Source: Tubulanus polymorphus
Taxonomy: Eukaryota > Animalia > Nemertea
Reading direction: 5' to 3'
Assembly (NCBI RefSeq): GCF_964204645.1
Contig: NC_134029.1
Span: 6,882,001 to 6,946,000, forward strand
DNA length: 64,000 nucleotides
Shown: positions 1 through 11,828 of the stretch, one piece after another
Numbering within the stretch: position 1 is the first letter of the stretch
Layout: each line of letters begins with the position of its first letter
Notes under the pieces: generated by a model
What the model was told of the DNA's origin: nothing
Seen by the model: the letters and a program-made list of their open reading frames with translations, nothing else
Database searches by the model: none
Program-made: the position numbers and the translations under genes

Positions 1-2056
1 GCCGCTGTTGTTGCTTGGAGATAGTTGATATTTTTAGATAGGAAAGCCCTGTCTATACTAGATGAAAAGCTCAGTTTCACTTGAACTATGAATTAGCGTT
101 ATGAAAAGTTTTGGAATATCTATTAGTATCCGAAAATCCGAATTAAGCGAGTTCTACTGTGGATGCAAGTATATACAGTGAAACCTCGTTTCAATGAACT
201 TCAAGGGGCCAGAAAATATGTTACTGACAACCGATCCATCCGTAATGAAATTATTGAAATTTTCCTGTGTGGGGCGAAATTCTAGGTTTTAAAGGTTATA
301 TTGAAGTTTGTGACCGAGAGGTTCCTCGGCCGTGTATTGTATGCAAAAAACCATGATTACAAATGATAAGACCACCCAACCGTGCTCTAGTATAGATAAG
401 GCTTTATATATACCAGTATAAACACTTATGCGAGTCAATGCAGTGAAATAATAGTTGTGTTCTAGTATGAATATATCATTCCAGCCAAGCACAGAGCGAT
501 AAGATAAAGGCCACTAGCGGAGATTAGCAACTCAATTCAATTATTGATTCTTCCTGTGTTGCGGTGGAGACGGCTTTCATGAGCTTTTTAGAAGTGCCTT
601 AAGACAAGAAATGACGATCAATTAGTGCCTGTGTCACGTTATGAAATTAAATTCCAAATTATTGCGATAAAATCTGATGATTATGGCTTTCTCATCATTG
701 TGATTGAAGCAGTGGTCTTCAAATATTTTTTTATAAATATTCTAGTCTATGAATACGTATACTATTAAATTTTTATTTTCATTGATTTTAGATTGCAATA
801 AACATAAGATATATGTATTTCAGTTTGAAATACTTATTCAAACGTTAGTGCTTTTATTCCCATGCAGTGGGTTTCTAAGACTCAAGGTCTATTCTGGCCC
901 CACCTTGGGATTCTCACTCATTTGACATGGAAGTGGATGCTCATCACTACAGCTAAAATAATACAGTGGAACCTCTGGATATAAAACAAGCTATCAGATT
1001 CTAAGGTCCTCACTGTAACCAGTAATCAACAGTAGATAAGGAACGAATGGTCACGCCGTCCTGCAACCCTTATACACGTTTTAAAGCATTGATAGACTTG
1101 TCAGCCCATTCCTTCTTTATATACCCCGCCTTACACCTCCTATAAATGACCCCTTTTAGAAAACCAATCAATACAGCCCACTATTAACAGAATGTAAATA
1201 AGCAAGAAGAATCTTTTTATCAGCAACTTATTATTGTTGTTCATATATTACGTAGATCCTCATGGTTACAATGGCTCTATTTTAAAATAATTTAAGAAAT
1301 GAGTCCTTCCTACATATTCAAAAACATTGATCTGCATCTTGACACATTACCAACGAAACTACGATTTCGCCATATTTTTGAAAACAAAGTTTTTAAAAAC
1401 TTTGTAAATAATGTATTGCATGATCGAAAGCGATCTTCAAGTTTAACGTGTTATGTTTGTACACGTTTTCTCAAAATGAGTCAAAAACATTCAAAATTCA
1501 AATGCCCCAGAGTTTACAATGCAGATATATTTCATAATACGTAAAGCCTAACGTTGTAAGTACCAGTATGTTAATACAGAAGTGAAATGGTTTGTCATGA
1601 TCTCGTAAGCGTGGACACGCAATGACTATAAAAATGACTACGGCACAAAAATAATCCAATAATTTCATAACAACCTCGTTAATAATATACCGGGTATTTA
1701 ACTTAACCTCGCCTAACTCGGACAACTACAAAATTATTTTCTGATTTCCTCACGTATTTTTTCCGATCGTCAACTCGGCCTTCACTGACCAATCCGAGTT
1801 ACCGGTAGGTGAGGTTTATCGTACATCATATCATTTTTAAACCTGAGCAAGTTAATAATAATGGTAATGATAATAATAATCGGAATGGCTGTAAAATCTC
1901 CGAATGATCTGGTATTGAGTCTGTCGATTGCATATTGAGTTAAGTATCGTAGTGAAGCGAATATTCTACAGGAATGATTAAAACAGCTGTATGGGTTAAA
2001 TACACGCACTGGCTGAGACAGCGAGTTCCGTTTAGGTAGATATGTTTTGTATTTGA

Positions 2057-5000
2057 TCAACTACTTCTCTCCGGAACGTGTTCATAAGTGTAGGTATCCT
2101 AGAATTAAAAAGATACATTAGTACATACAGTATGCTTCGATGAATGATTTAGTTAAACTCATGCTTCGACATAATCTCTGGCGAGAACATTCTCTCTTAG
2201 AGGGCAGTGAAATTTCCAAATAACCAAAATGCTACACCCATGTGTCCAGAACTGCATACATCAGATAAAACTGTTGACATTATACCATAAGCATCACATC
2301 AAATAATGCCGACAGAAAATATGCTACTATCGTTTTAAGCCTAACCGGGAGTGACTGCATTAACCAAGATCACAAGACTAAATCCGAGACGGATAGTACT
2401 TTATCAGTGAACTTGTTAATTAGTTAACCTTTAAAATTCTATCCGTCTTGTTGTATTCATTCTACATCAAGTTAACACCTCTACGAATCTTTTCAAGATC
2501 ACTACGTTGCTTAGACCCCAGCTAAATTGCAAACAAAGCTTGTGGCAGAATTCCAACTTACCTTGCCACCCATATTTTCTGGTAGTTGGGCTGCATCCAC
2601 AAACTCGGTGACTTTACTTTTTCCGACCATGTGAACATATTTCCTCACCTCCGCGCTCATCAGATTTTTTAGAACATTCCAGGCGGCTGTGCGTAAAAAA
2701 TGAGTCGTATAGAGTTATACTCTTGAGAATCCATGAATTCTTCTTAGATAACGAAATCAAGCGTCATATTTACCGTTGAGAATCCAGGCCATTTCAAAAA
2801 TGAGCAAGTAAGCTGAAAAATTTATACCAGAATAGTATATGTGAAAAATGTAAGTTTTGAACAAATATAATGAAATAATTTATATCCAAATCATATGCAA
2901 ATTTCTTTCATATATTATATGAAAGTAATATACCTGTATTAGGAAAATAATCAGTGGCACAGGCCAATAGATACTTGAAAAAGTCCATATCCTGAAATAA
3001 AAGATTCATTTGCAATATGATTTGGGAGTTTCATAAAGTACATTGAGCAAGAAGCCAAATATTTCTCTTCTGGTATAGCCTATATATTCATACGTACATG
3101 TCTTGAAAAGAAATAAGTTAAATTTGATGAATGAAAAAATGTTAACGTACCAGGCCCATCAAACCAACACCGGACATGTCGAAAATGAGTACCATCTTTT
3201 TGTCGAGATTATTTTTGAAATGTTTCTCAAACATGTAAGCGATGTACTTTTTAATCGTTTCGGAGCTTTTGATTTCTCTAAACTTGAAAAAAACTGAAAT
3301 GGAGTGCATTAGTGATCAACAACTACCGGTACGCTATCCTAGAATCTCTGGGAAAACTGGAAATTTTTGTTGTTGTTTCGAACACCAAACACTTACACAG
3401 ATCAACGTCATTCTTGTCTTTACCGTGAAAGTAAATATTGCCTTTTTCTAGAATTTCTTTTTCAAAGCAATCTTCTTTCAGATCTATAGAATAAATTCAC
3501 GCATATAAGAGTAATTGACAGCATTTTATGCGACGGATTTCAGGGTTCATAGAAAATTGAATAGAATGACTTTGAATACCGGTACGGTATATTTCAATTG
3601 AAGACCTTTACAACATTGCATACAACACTGTCGTTAAGAATGCACACAAGAAATCCTTATATCATCTTTTTTGGACAAATTAAAAAAAATTCAACTGATT
3701 TTCACTGAGTCCATCTAATTTCAAACACTTTCCTTGCTGGAACACTTACAATGCATGAAAAGAATGAAATTTCTTTTCACTCACTGACCATTTAATCCGA
3801 TACTTTTTCTCCACTTGAATGACACATCTAGCATATCTATCGTTTTCTTCACATCTCCTTTCAGAAACTTGAGAAACGCGTGCGTAAATTCATCATTCGT
3901 GTTCAACTTCTCTATATCTCTTTCATCGTAGTCTTCGGTGTTACCTGTAAACGATTAGCACAGCAACGAAATTATGTCACGCTGACATCCTACATGTAAC
4001 CTTGGATCGCAGGGGGATGAAGATTTCTCATCGGTAAACACTAAATTAACAATCTGTTTCTTGTTTTACTTGCCTCCATATGTTTCTTTAAAGGCAGTTC
4101 TCACTTCGGGAATAGTGTCTGTGTAATCCTATAGAAAGACATTACATTTTAGCGCTTTAGAATTAATGAATAGGTCGAGAGTGTACTGCATGGTGTCTGA
4201 ATACCACCAATCGATAAACCAAATGCTATATTAGCTGGCGGGACGGGTCGCCTCTATTGAGCTTCATTTCGTGTATGATATTAATGATGATGATAGGGCT
4301 AGACAAAGGTTGTTAGGCGGAGGCACTAAACAGCAGGTAAAGGGTAATACTTTTTAGCTTCTGAATGAATTCTGAGGCGACTAGTATAGTATAAGCCTAA
4401 GGACTATGTTATGAGATTCAAAAAATTACTATAACTTTAACAAGCTGTACTGTCATACTACATTTTTTTAATCATAGTAACCAAAATTTCTAATGTCTAT
4501 TTATTAATTGATGAGACCTGTTTTTCTGGGATATTTTGCTTACTTTTTGGGGCACATACCTCATTTATGTCTTAACAGAATGCCAAAAATCGCGGACAAC
4601 AACAGAATATCCGATATATTTCCAGTTCTGTACCAATTAGATGGATTGGCAAAAAGACTCCTTAAGTCCAATTGAATGAGAGAGAAAATCCTCCATTTTG
4701 TCAAATTTCTAATTTTTACATTGTCACCATGCCTACGAAATGAAGTTATTTTTCTTGTGGGGTCTCAACAACTAAATCAGGGTGGCGTAGGCATGGTAAC
4801 AATGTTCAAATCCAAGAAATTTGACAAAATGGAGGATTTTGTCTCTCATTCAACTGGACTTAAGGAGTCTTTTTGCCAATCCATCTAATTGGTACAGAAC
4901 TGGAAATATATCGGATATTCAGTTGTTGTCCGCGATTTTTGGCATTCTGTTAAGACATAAATGAGGTATGTACCCCAAAAAGTAAGCAAAATATCCCAGA

Positions 5001-5230
5001 AAAACAGGTCTCATCAATTAATTAATAGACATTAGCCACTGGTGCCTTTACATGTTTGTTACATTTAGTAAATGTAAATTTTGGTTAAATAGGGCCTAAG
5101 GCTTTTAAGGCTAATAAAAAGCGACTAAAAAACCACAATATTTACAAATAGTTCATGCCGTCGTGGTAGAAAAGACCCTAATTTTCAGTATAAATGTTAA
5201 ATGTAATTCATATTTGAAAAAACTTGCCAT
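2057..5230 (-). CDS. MOSPD2: MOSPD2-like CRAL-TRIO (Sec14) domain protein, ~235 aa, 9 coding exons
   Basis: Exons 5230-5228 (ATG only, tentative), 4128-4074, 3944-3789, 3483-3397, 3293-3151, 2991-2934, 2812-2774, 2686-2562 and 2098-2057 join in phase. Translation DYDERDIEKL..LDVSFKWRK..IYFHGKDK..LIFDMSGVGL..DMDFFKYL..YFP..LLIFEMAWILNAAWNVLK..LPENMGG matches the MOSPD2 CRAL-TRIO region. Head-to-head with FANCB as in human. Confidence 0.85.
4490..5035. mobile_element. Foldback/MITE-like element with ~250-bp near-perfect inverted arms
   Basis: 4490-~4737 is the reverse complement of ~4786-5035 (ctaatgtctat...caaatttct / agaaatttg...atagacattag; inner pair acattgtcaccatgcctacg / cgtaggcatggtaacaatgt), with few mismatches and a loop of about 50 nt. 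Confidence 0.85.
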
Positions 5231-5383
5231 GTTGAGAGAAATAGCCAGACAACGACGCGGCAGCTAGCAGTAGGTTTTTGGTTTTTGACACTTCCTGGCC
5301 AGTTGGTTATGTTACCTGGCTTGTGATTGGCTTAAAAGCCGCAATATTACTATTCGACTGTTTCATTGGCTCATTAATCCAAG
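5231..5383. promoter_or_regulatory. Bidirectional promoter region shared by MOSPD2 and FANCB
   Basis: About 150 bp between divergent start codons, with two ATTGG (reverse CCAAT/NF-Y) boxes near 5326 and 5366. Confidence 0.6.
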
Positions 5384-8300
5384 ATGTCCGCGCCCATGAG
5401 CGGTAAGTTTGGATTTTTTTGCTAGTCATTTCTTCGGGATTTCCTTTTAAACCAGCCAGCAACGAGTCAAAAGCTCCCGTCTCCGTTTACAAATCTGATC
5501 ACAGGAGATTGGCACAGGGGTCTGATGCAGATTTATTTTAATCCTAGGCTTACTGTCCGCTTTCCTTTTCTTGTAAAAAATAGCCTAAAATTTAAAACAC
5601 TCTGATTTTAGACCCGTGCCTAGCTATTTACCCCTAATCAAAGAATTGTTAAAAGTCTCCTTTTACTTTAAAAATAAAAATAGACATTAGGGCCTATTTG
5701 TTCGAAAATACAAGAAGGAGAGTGAGAAAGAGACTGTTGACTGATTTATTTTCAGGTGTTTGTCAGTCTATAATCGGAATGACTACCGCCGCCAGTAGAA
5801 CTCTGCTTGTTCATCGCGGTGAAGTCGTAGCCATCGATGTTTGTCCCGTCGAACGAAAACTGAAAGGGACCTGGCTGAAATACGACGTAGAGAAACACGA
5901 ATGGAAACGAGTTTGCGATCGCGTTGTCGGTTTGCCATCCCGAGCTAAACAAGATACTCAGTACTATATTCTCACGACGAACACTATACTGGAATCATCG
6001 ACTGGATTACGATTGCCGACTATATTGCTTACGGAACAACCGAAGAATTTAGAATTCAGTTTTGGATCGGCTATAAACTTTCAAGTTATTTCCGTCACTT
6101 CGCGGAGAAATTTTATCGAATTCGGCGAGTTTTTCGCCAAGAACAATAGCAACATAAACCCGCTGGATATGAAGTATTATATACTGGATGGGCCTAAAGT
6201 GCTGTTCGCTTCGGGGCATACGGTTTATTTGGCTCAAAGCGATGCGAAAAAAACGGGGAAATTTGTGGCGAACTTTCGAAAGATTTCATCCGACGTCGGC
6301 AAACTGAAGAACATCGATTATCTTTGGTGCGCGTCCGAGACGCACGAAAAAATTCGACTGCTTTGCAGCGGTCAACTTGTCACCGATCCGTCGTCGCATA
6401 AATCGTTATTAGTGACTCTAACTTGCGGTGAAAAGGCCGGAGAATTCACCTGTGTTACGACTGATGGCAATAGGGTGCTACAACACATATATGCTGGTAT
6501 TGTTTCTTGTCTACATGTATCAATGGCTCAAAGTAGCGATCGCTTTTCGGCAACTGTACTGACGAACAAAGGACAACTGTTAAATTTTGATAACGGAAAA
6601 CTTGTTACTTTCAAAAATGTTGATATTTTCACTGGAAAATGTCATATCAATCATCTAGAGACCTATGATGAAAGCTATTTTGTCATACATGATTCTAAAC
6701 AGAATGTGGGTCTATTTGATGTCAGTAGCCTGCAGAAGGTATAGCTTAAGATTTAACATTTATAAAATCAGTCACCTCTTCGTAATGTATTTGTACACAA
6801 TTAAGTGGTTCCTAGAAATACCAACTTTGGGACCCATTTCCGCAGTTGTGAGATTTGTCTTGAATTACCCGGTAGTTGATTTGAGCTTAAAGTCACAACT
6901 GTGGAACTGGGGGCAAGTAAATCTGTAAATTGTTATAACCATTCAAACTTCGGATTGAATCATTAGTTTACATTGGATATTTGCATCCATTTCTAGAGCA
7001 TCGTAGGATGGCAACCTGATTCTTATGAACACATGATAATCGGTGATTTCCTTCGACTGGGAAGTGATCAACTACTGCTATGTTCAACTGATGAAGAATC
7101 AGATGATGGGAGTATTGTATTCAACAAATTCATTTTAACCGATCTTGGACGCTTTCATATAAGTTCCCAGGTAAATTCATATTCATGTGGAATAACTTCC
7201 ACCACAGCCGACTAACAATTTCATCATAAAATGTATTTTCAATGTACATGTGTTGGATTTGAAGGCCGACACTGCTGCAGAACAGGATTCAGTAGATGAG
7301 GGAACGCATAAAGCTGTTTCTGCATTACAAGCTCGTCAGCAGGTACCATATTACATGACTTTTGATCTCTCAGTATTTCCTTACAAAGATTTGGCCAGCA
7401 ACCAAGTCAATAATCTGATCCTGGTCAGAAAACTGTTATTATGTTAACTCTGTTAATAGGTTGGGTTGAGATCTTTGAATGAGACGGAGAAATTGTGTCA
7501 GGAAAAACTTTCAGTTATCTACAAAACTTGCAAAAACATGCACAAAATGGTCCTTGGGGAAGAATTCATGGAAAAGGTCAGACCTGTGTTCATCAATAAT
7601 GTTGTTCAAAGTCATCCTCGTCGATTTAGCGAAGCAAAAATGTTTGTTTTGTTCTTGTGATTTCCAGGGTGCTACATTGGTTATTTTGGACTCTTGTCAG
7701 AAGATAATTAAGGATAAGTGGATAATAATTCTTGATATACAAAATCAGTCAAGCGGGTAAAGATTACTTGATACGCATATCATCTCAGTGAAACTTGGTT
7801 AACTCATCCTCATCAAATAAGTGGTCACATCCTTTAAGCTATCACTATTTTTTAGTTTCAATTTGTGTTCCAATTCAATTTTACTAATTGTAAGTTGTCA
7901 TTTGGATAGGGCATCAACATAATGACGGTCCCAATTGTGATGACAAGTTTGACTGTATTAGTTACTTGATCGTAAAGTACTCACCTTATTATCGTCCTCA
8001 GTGTCCATAGTTCCTATACTTGTGTACACGTATGCCGTAGGTCCTGCTAAAACGAAAATCAATTTTTCTTTTTACTTCTTTTGTGCATAAAATAGCCCAA
8101 AACTCTTATCTGAAATGATAAACTAGCTATCGTTATCTGTAAAAACAAAAATATTCCACAGACCTTCGATTTTTGCACATCCTTGAACTACAAACTGAAG
8201 TGGTATAACTGTATACGCATGTGCTTACTTCAGTACAGATAATGACAAACTGCTTTTCAACGAGGAAGTCAAATTGCAATGTGACAATGAAAAAAATTGA

Positions 8301-10273
8301 ATACTGGTATATACATACTTTTCTACCAATTCTAGCTCTGAAGCCCTTATTGCTGTCTGAAGTCAATTTGATGAATTTTTGTCTATTTTACAACCATAAG
8401 TGATGATTCAGCCACTGTTAGAGTGCTATAGTAGTACTTAAAGTCTGTATTATGTAGCGGGGTCTGTACCATGTGTTGTTTTATTTGATCTCTATCGGAC
8501 ATCTGTCGTTTTAAAACGCGAGTTTAAATCTAAACGCATAGGGCAGGCATATTGATTGATGTTTACATATGTATTTCTGTCAGTTTGATAGAATTGTAAT
8601 TGGAAAACCTATTTTCATTACGCATGAATTACGTACTACTCGCTTTTTGATGTTTTCCAATTCAAAAGAAATCAACTGGTATTGAAATGGTATTTAGATT
8701 GGGATTTTTAGTTTGCGGAGTGTTTTTGAAACAAAATTCATGCCCTCTTTTCCGATGTTTTACAGAACTGTCAGGAGTCTGAGCGTTTCGCTTGTACCAA
8801 ATCAAAGATCGGAGATAGAATCTTATTGCACAAACACCGAACAGACAGCTATGACCACTTCATATTCAGTACCAGATGCTACAGATCCAAACTATCAACC
8901 TTCAAAGAAACTTAAAACTATGACCGAAACTACAAAACGATCTTCAGACACTGTGAAAGTTGGTGAAATGACTACCGTTGTTTGTGTATCTGATTTGCCT
9001 AGTTTTATCGGTTCCGATTCAGTAAATTGTGATTTACTACTTGCGTGGACAAATGACTGCACAAATATAGCTCATAGCTCGATAGCTGGGAATGTTTGTA
9101 TCAGTGTTTCGGATATCGCGGACGAGAAAATGTTTGTTGATGTTTCACAAAAATTGATAGGTAACAAACTTGCTTCGTCCAGAACCAAATGAATACCTTA
9201 AAATACTTTCATAAAATATCAGTAAGGCTCATTCATCTACAAAGGTCAATTTGATATATATTTCATAAAAGGATTTGAAATACAGTCATGACAAAATCTG
9301 TGGTAAATTCAAGTTACAGCAAAATTGCGATATTCACCCATCATTGACTGATGCCAATAGGATTTTTGACGTACGTGTGTACATATCATTCTTTCTTCAC
9401 ACATTAGGACGAAGGAACATAGAAGCGTTAGATGCTGTGCAGATGTGCGTAACGGTCGAAGTCTCATCGACATTCACCCCCATTCAGGGCATCTCGAAAA
9501 TATCAACTCAGGACATGAATATGGTTTACAAATATCAGGAACAATGCTACGTTTATGAGAGTAAACCGGGATTAGAACTTTCACGCGTTAAAATCATCTC
9601 ATATTCGAAGCAAGCACTAGAATTATGTATTTATGTCTGGTTAGTTCAAATATGCTCAGTTATATAGACAGTAAAGCCTGTTTCAGCCCGACCTTTATGG
9701 AGCATGGATTTTTGTCTGCCCTAAAGTGAAAATGCGACTTGAGGAACAAATCTAATTGCAAATACTGGTATTGAAAATAGTCCAAAATACTATGCAGAAA
9801 TTTGGCTTTAAAAATCCAACTAAAGCAGGCTTGACTGTACAATTAACAGAAATCGAAACACAATACATCATTGACATTTACATTTCTTCCATTACAGGAA
9901 TTTACAACAGTTGACAGTCATGGTGCATTCGCTGTATAAATTTCTACCGGATAGTGTTACGATTTCGCAGAAACAATCTCCTGACCTACTGAAAAACACA
10001 GTTGAAGCAATCAGTCGGGAAGCCTCATTATTCAAGAAACTGTTGGAAAAAAATCTATCCGATCAAAACCGGCGTCACGAATCGATGGAGGTCGATGAGG
10101 AAGTAGCTGGCGATATCGTTTCGAAAACTCGAGTAGAATTCGAGAAACGGCGAAGTATGGTGAATGAAAATCGTGGCGTGTTGGAATTGAATTCGACAAA
10201 TGAAATGAACGATTATCTAAGACAAGCACAATTAGAAACGGACTCTAGTTTATCACTGCTTCTGAAGCAGTAG
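5384..10273 (+). CDS. FANCB: Fanconi anemia group B protein homolog, 9 coding exons
   Basis: Exons 5384-5402, 5756-6738, 6997-7170, 7265-7342, 7460-7576, 7668-7756, 8766-9160, 9408-9639 and 9898-10273 join in phase with GT-AG ends. Diagnostic stretches LLVHRGEV, TNKGQLLNFDNG, IGDFLRLGSDQLLL..FILTDL and AVSALQAR resemble FANCB. Adjacent to MOSPD2. Confidence 0.85.
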
Positions 10274-10790
10274 ATGAACTAACTATCCATGTATTGTATA
10301 TTTGTCAATTGCAATATGGTTTATGTGCCGAATAATAAAGATCATACTGTATAATACATTATTGTGTTATACTTACTGCATACCAAGCCGGTATGCAGTA
10401 GGTGTCCAACGATTAGTATAGGGAAATTCGGTGGGAACCATTGATGGGCTAGGGATCATACTGTTAAAACAAATGAAAAATATCCTTTCATTACTTCGAC
10501 CTCCAGCGAAAAAGGAACTATCAATGAAACAACATTAAAACCACTATTTGATTTTATCAATTAGTTTTATACATTATCCATTTATTCATTTTTCATCGTA
10601 AAGTACAAAATAACCAACACACACTTTATACAAAAAGGGCTTCAATCATATGACTAGATTTGTCTAAGTCTATCTACATACATACATGTATCATGTATAA
10701 TATTCTGTAGTATCTTATTTCAAATAAAGTACAATAAAAGGCAATTCATGTACCTGTACATATAACAATGTACATACTCTAATACGTACT

Positions 10791-11051
10791 TAAGTAAACC
10801 TCGCCTAACTCGGACATGGCCAACTGGGACTTTCGTTTAACTTGGACAAAGAGCAATTTATTTTCTGAATTCCTATAGTTTTATGCCCAATTCAGATCGG
10901 ATTCTTTCAACTTGCACTTTTGTCTTAACTCGGACAGAATTTCGAGGAATTTTTATTCTCCCCTGTAACTCAACTCAGAGCTTTCCCCGATAATCTGATA
11001 CTGATAAAGATAAGCATTATTTACTGTCTGAGTTAGGCGAGGTTTAATGTA
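10791..11051. mobile_element. Short TIR element (Tc1/mariner-like MITE); related partial copy at ~1702-1822
   Basis: Terminal inverted repeats aaacctcgcctaactcggaca / tgtctgagttaggcgaggttt, flanked by TA. The same motif occurs at 1704-1724. Confidence 0.65.
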
Positions 11052-11828
11052 TCAAGATATCATAATCAACCACTTCTACTAACTGAGTGAAATCAGGGAT
11101 GTAGAAAATTCCCAGCAGTTGAAATAATCAATTTATTATAGGAAAATCATTTGATGAAAGATCCATGAAATCTCTTCGGTATTATAAAAAGACCAAGTTA
11201 AACATTGTCATTTAAGTCATGCAGAATCAAATATAGAAAATAAAATCGTTTTTTGTAACCAGCTGCAAAACAATGTTCATAGCCTTTTGCGCACATGCAC
11301 AAGCTCTTGAAAAACTTATACTGTCCTACAATCTTACACGATGCCATCCTCCCTCTCAGGAATTCGGGTCAAATCAGAAATTCTTGCACTCAAAGAGCTA
11401 TGGAGATTTGATATGAAAGAGAGCCTAAGTGGATGAATTCAAGGACTGGATCCTTTGGGTGGCCCAGTTTCTTGGTTAAAGGGTCTTCTCTGGCCTCTAT
11501 GTCACGAAGAAATCTCCATAGGAGTCCCATAAACCCATCAGGGTTGAATCCTACCTGCCAAAGAGGATGACATTACTGACATAGAAAGATCACATTTTAG
11601 TTCCAATTACTAACCTACAGATCAATGGCACACTTTAGTAGAAATCTTTATCACATACTACATTTTTTGAAAATTTTTCTAAAATATTGATTTTCAGTGA
11701 CATCGCTTTTTCGAGTTACAAAAGGAATTTCGATTCAAATAACATGAGAATGCTGCTACGTACAGAGATTTACGTACTGGGTACCTGAAATTTTCATTAA
11801 ACCCGTTTTAAGTCTTTCGTAATGAGTA

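Noticed and set aside
4676-4888. 70-aa ORF
   Set aside because: Lies across the centre of the foldback element; no coding signature.
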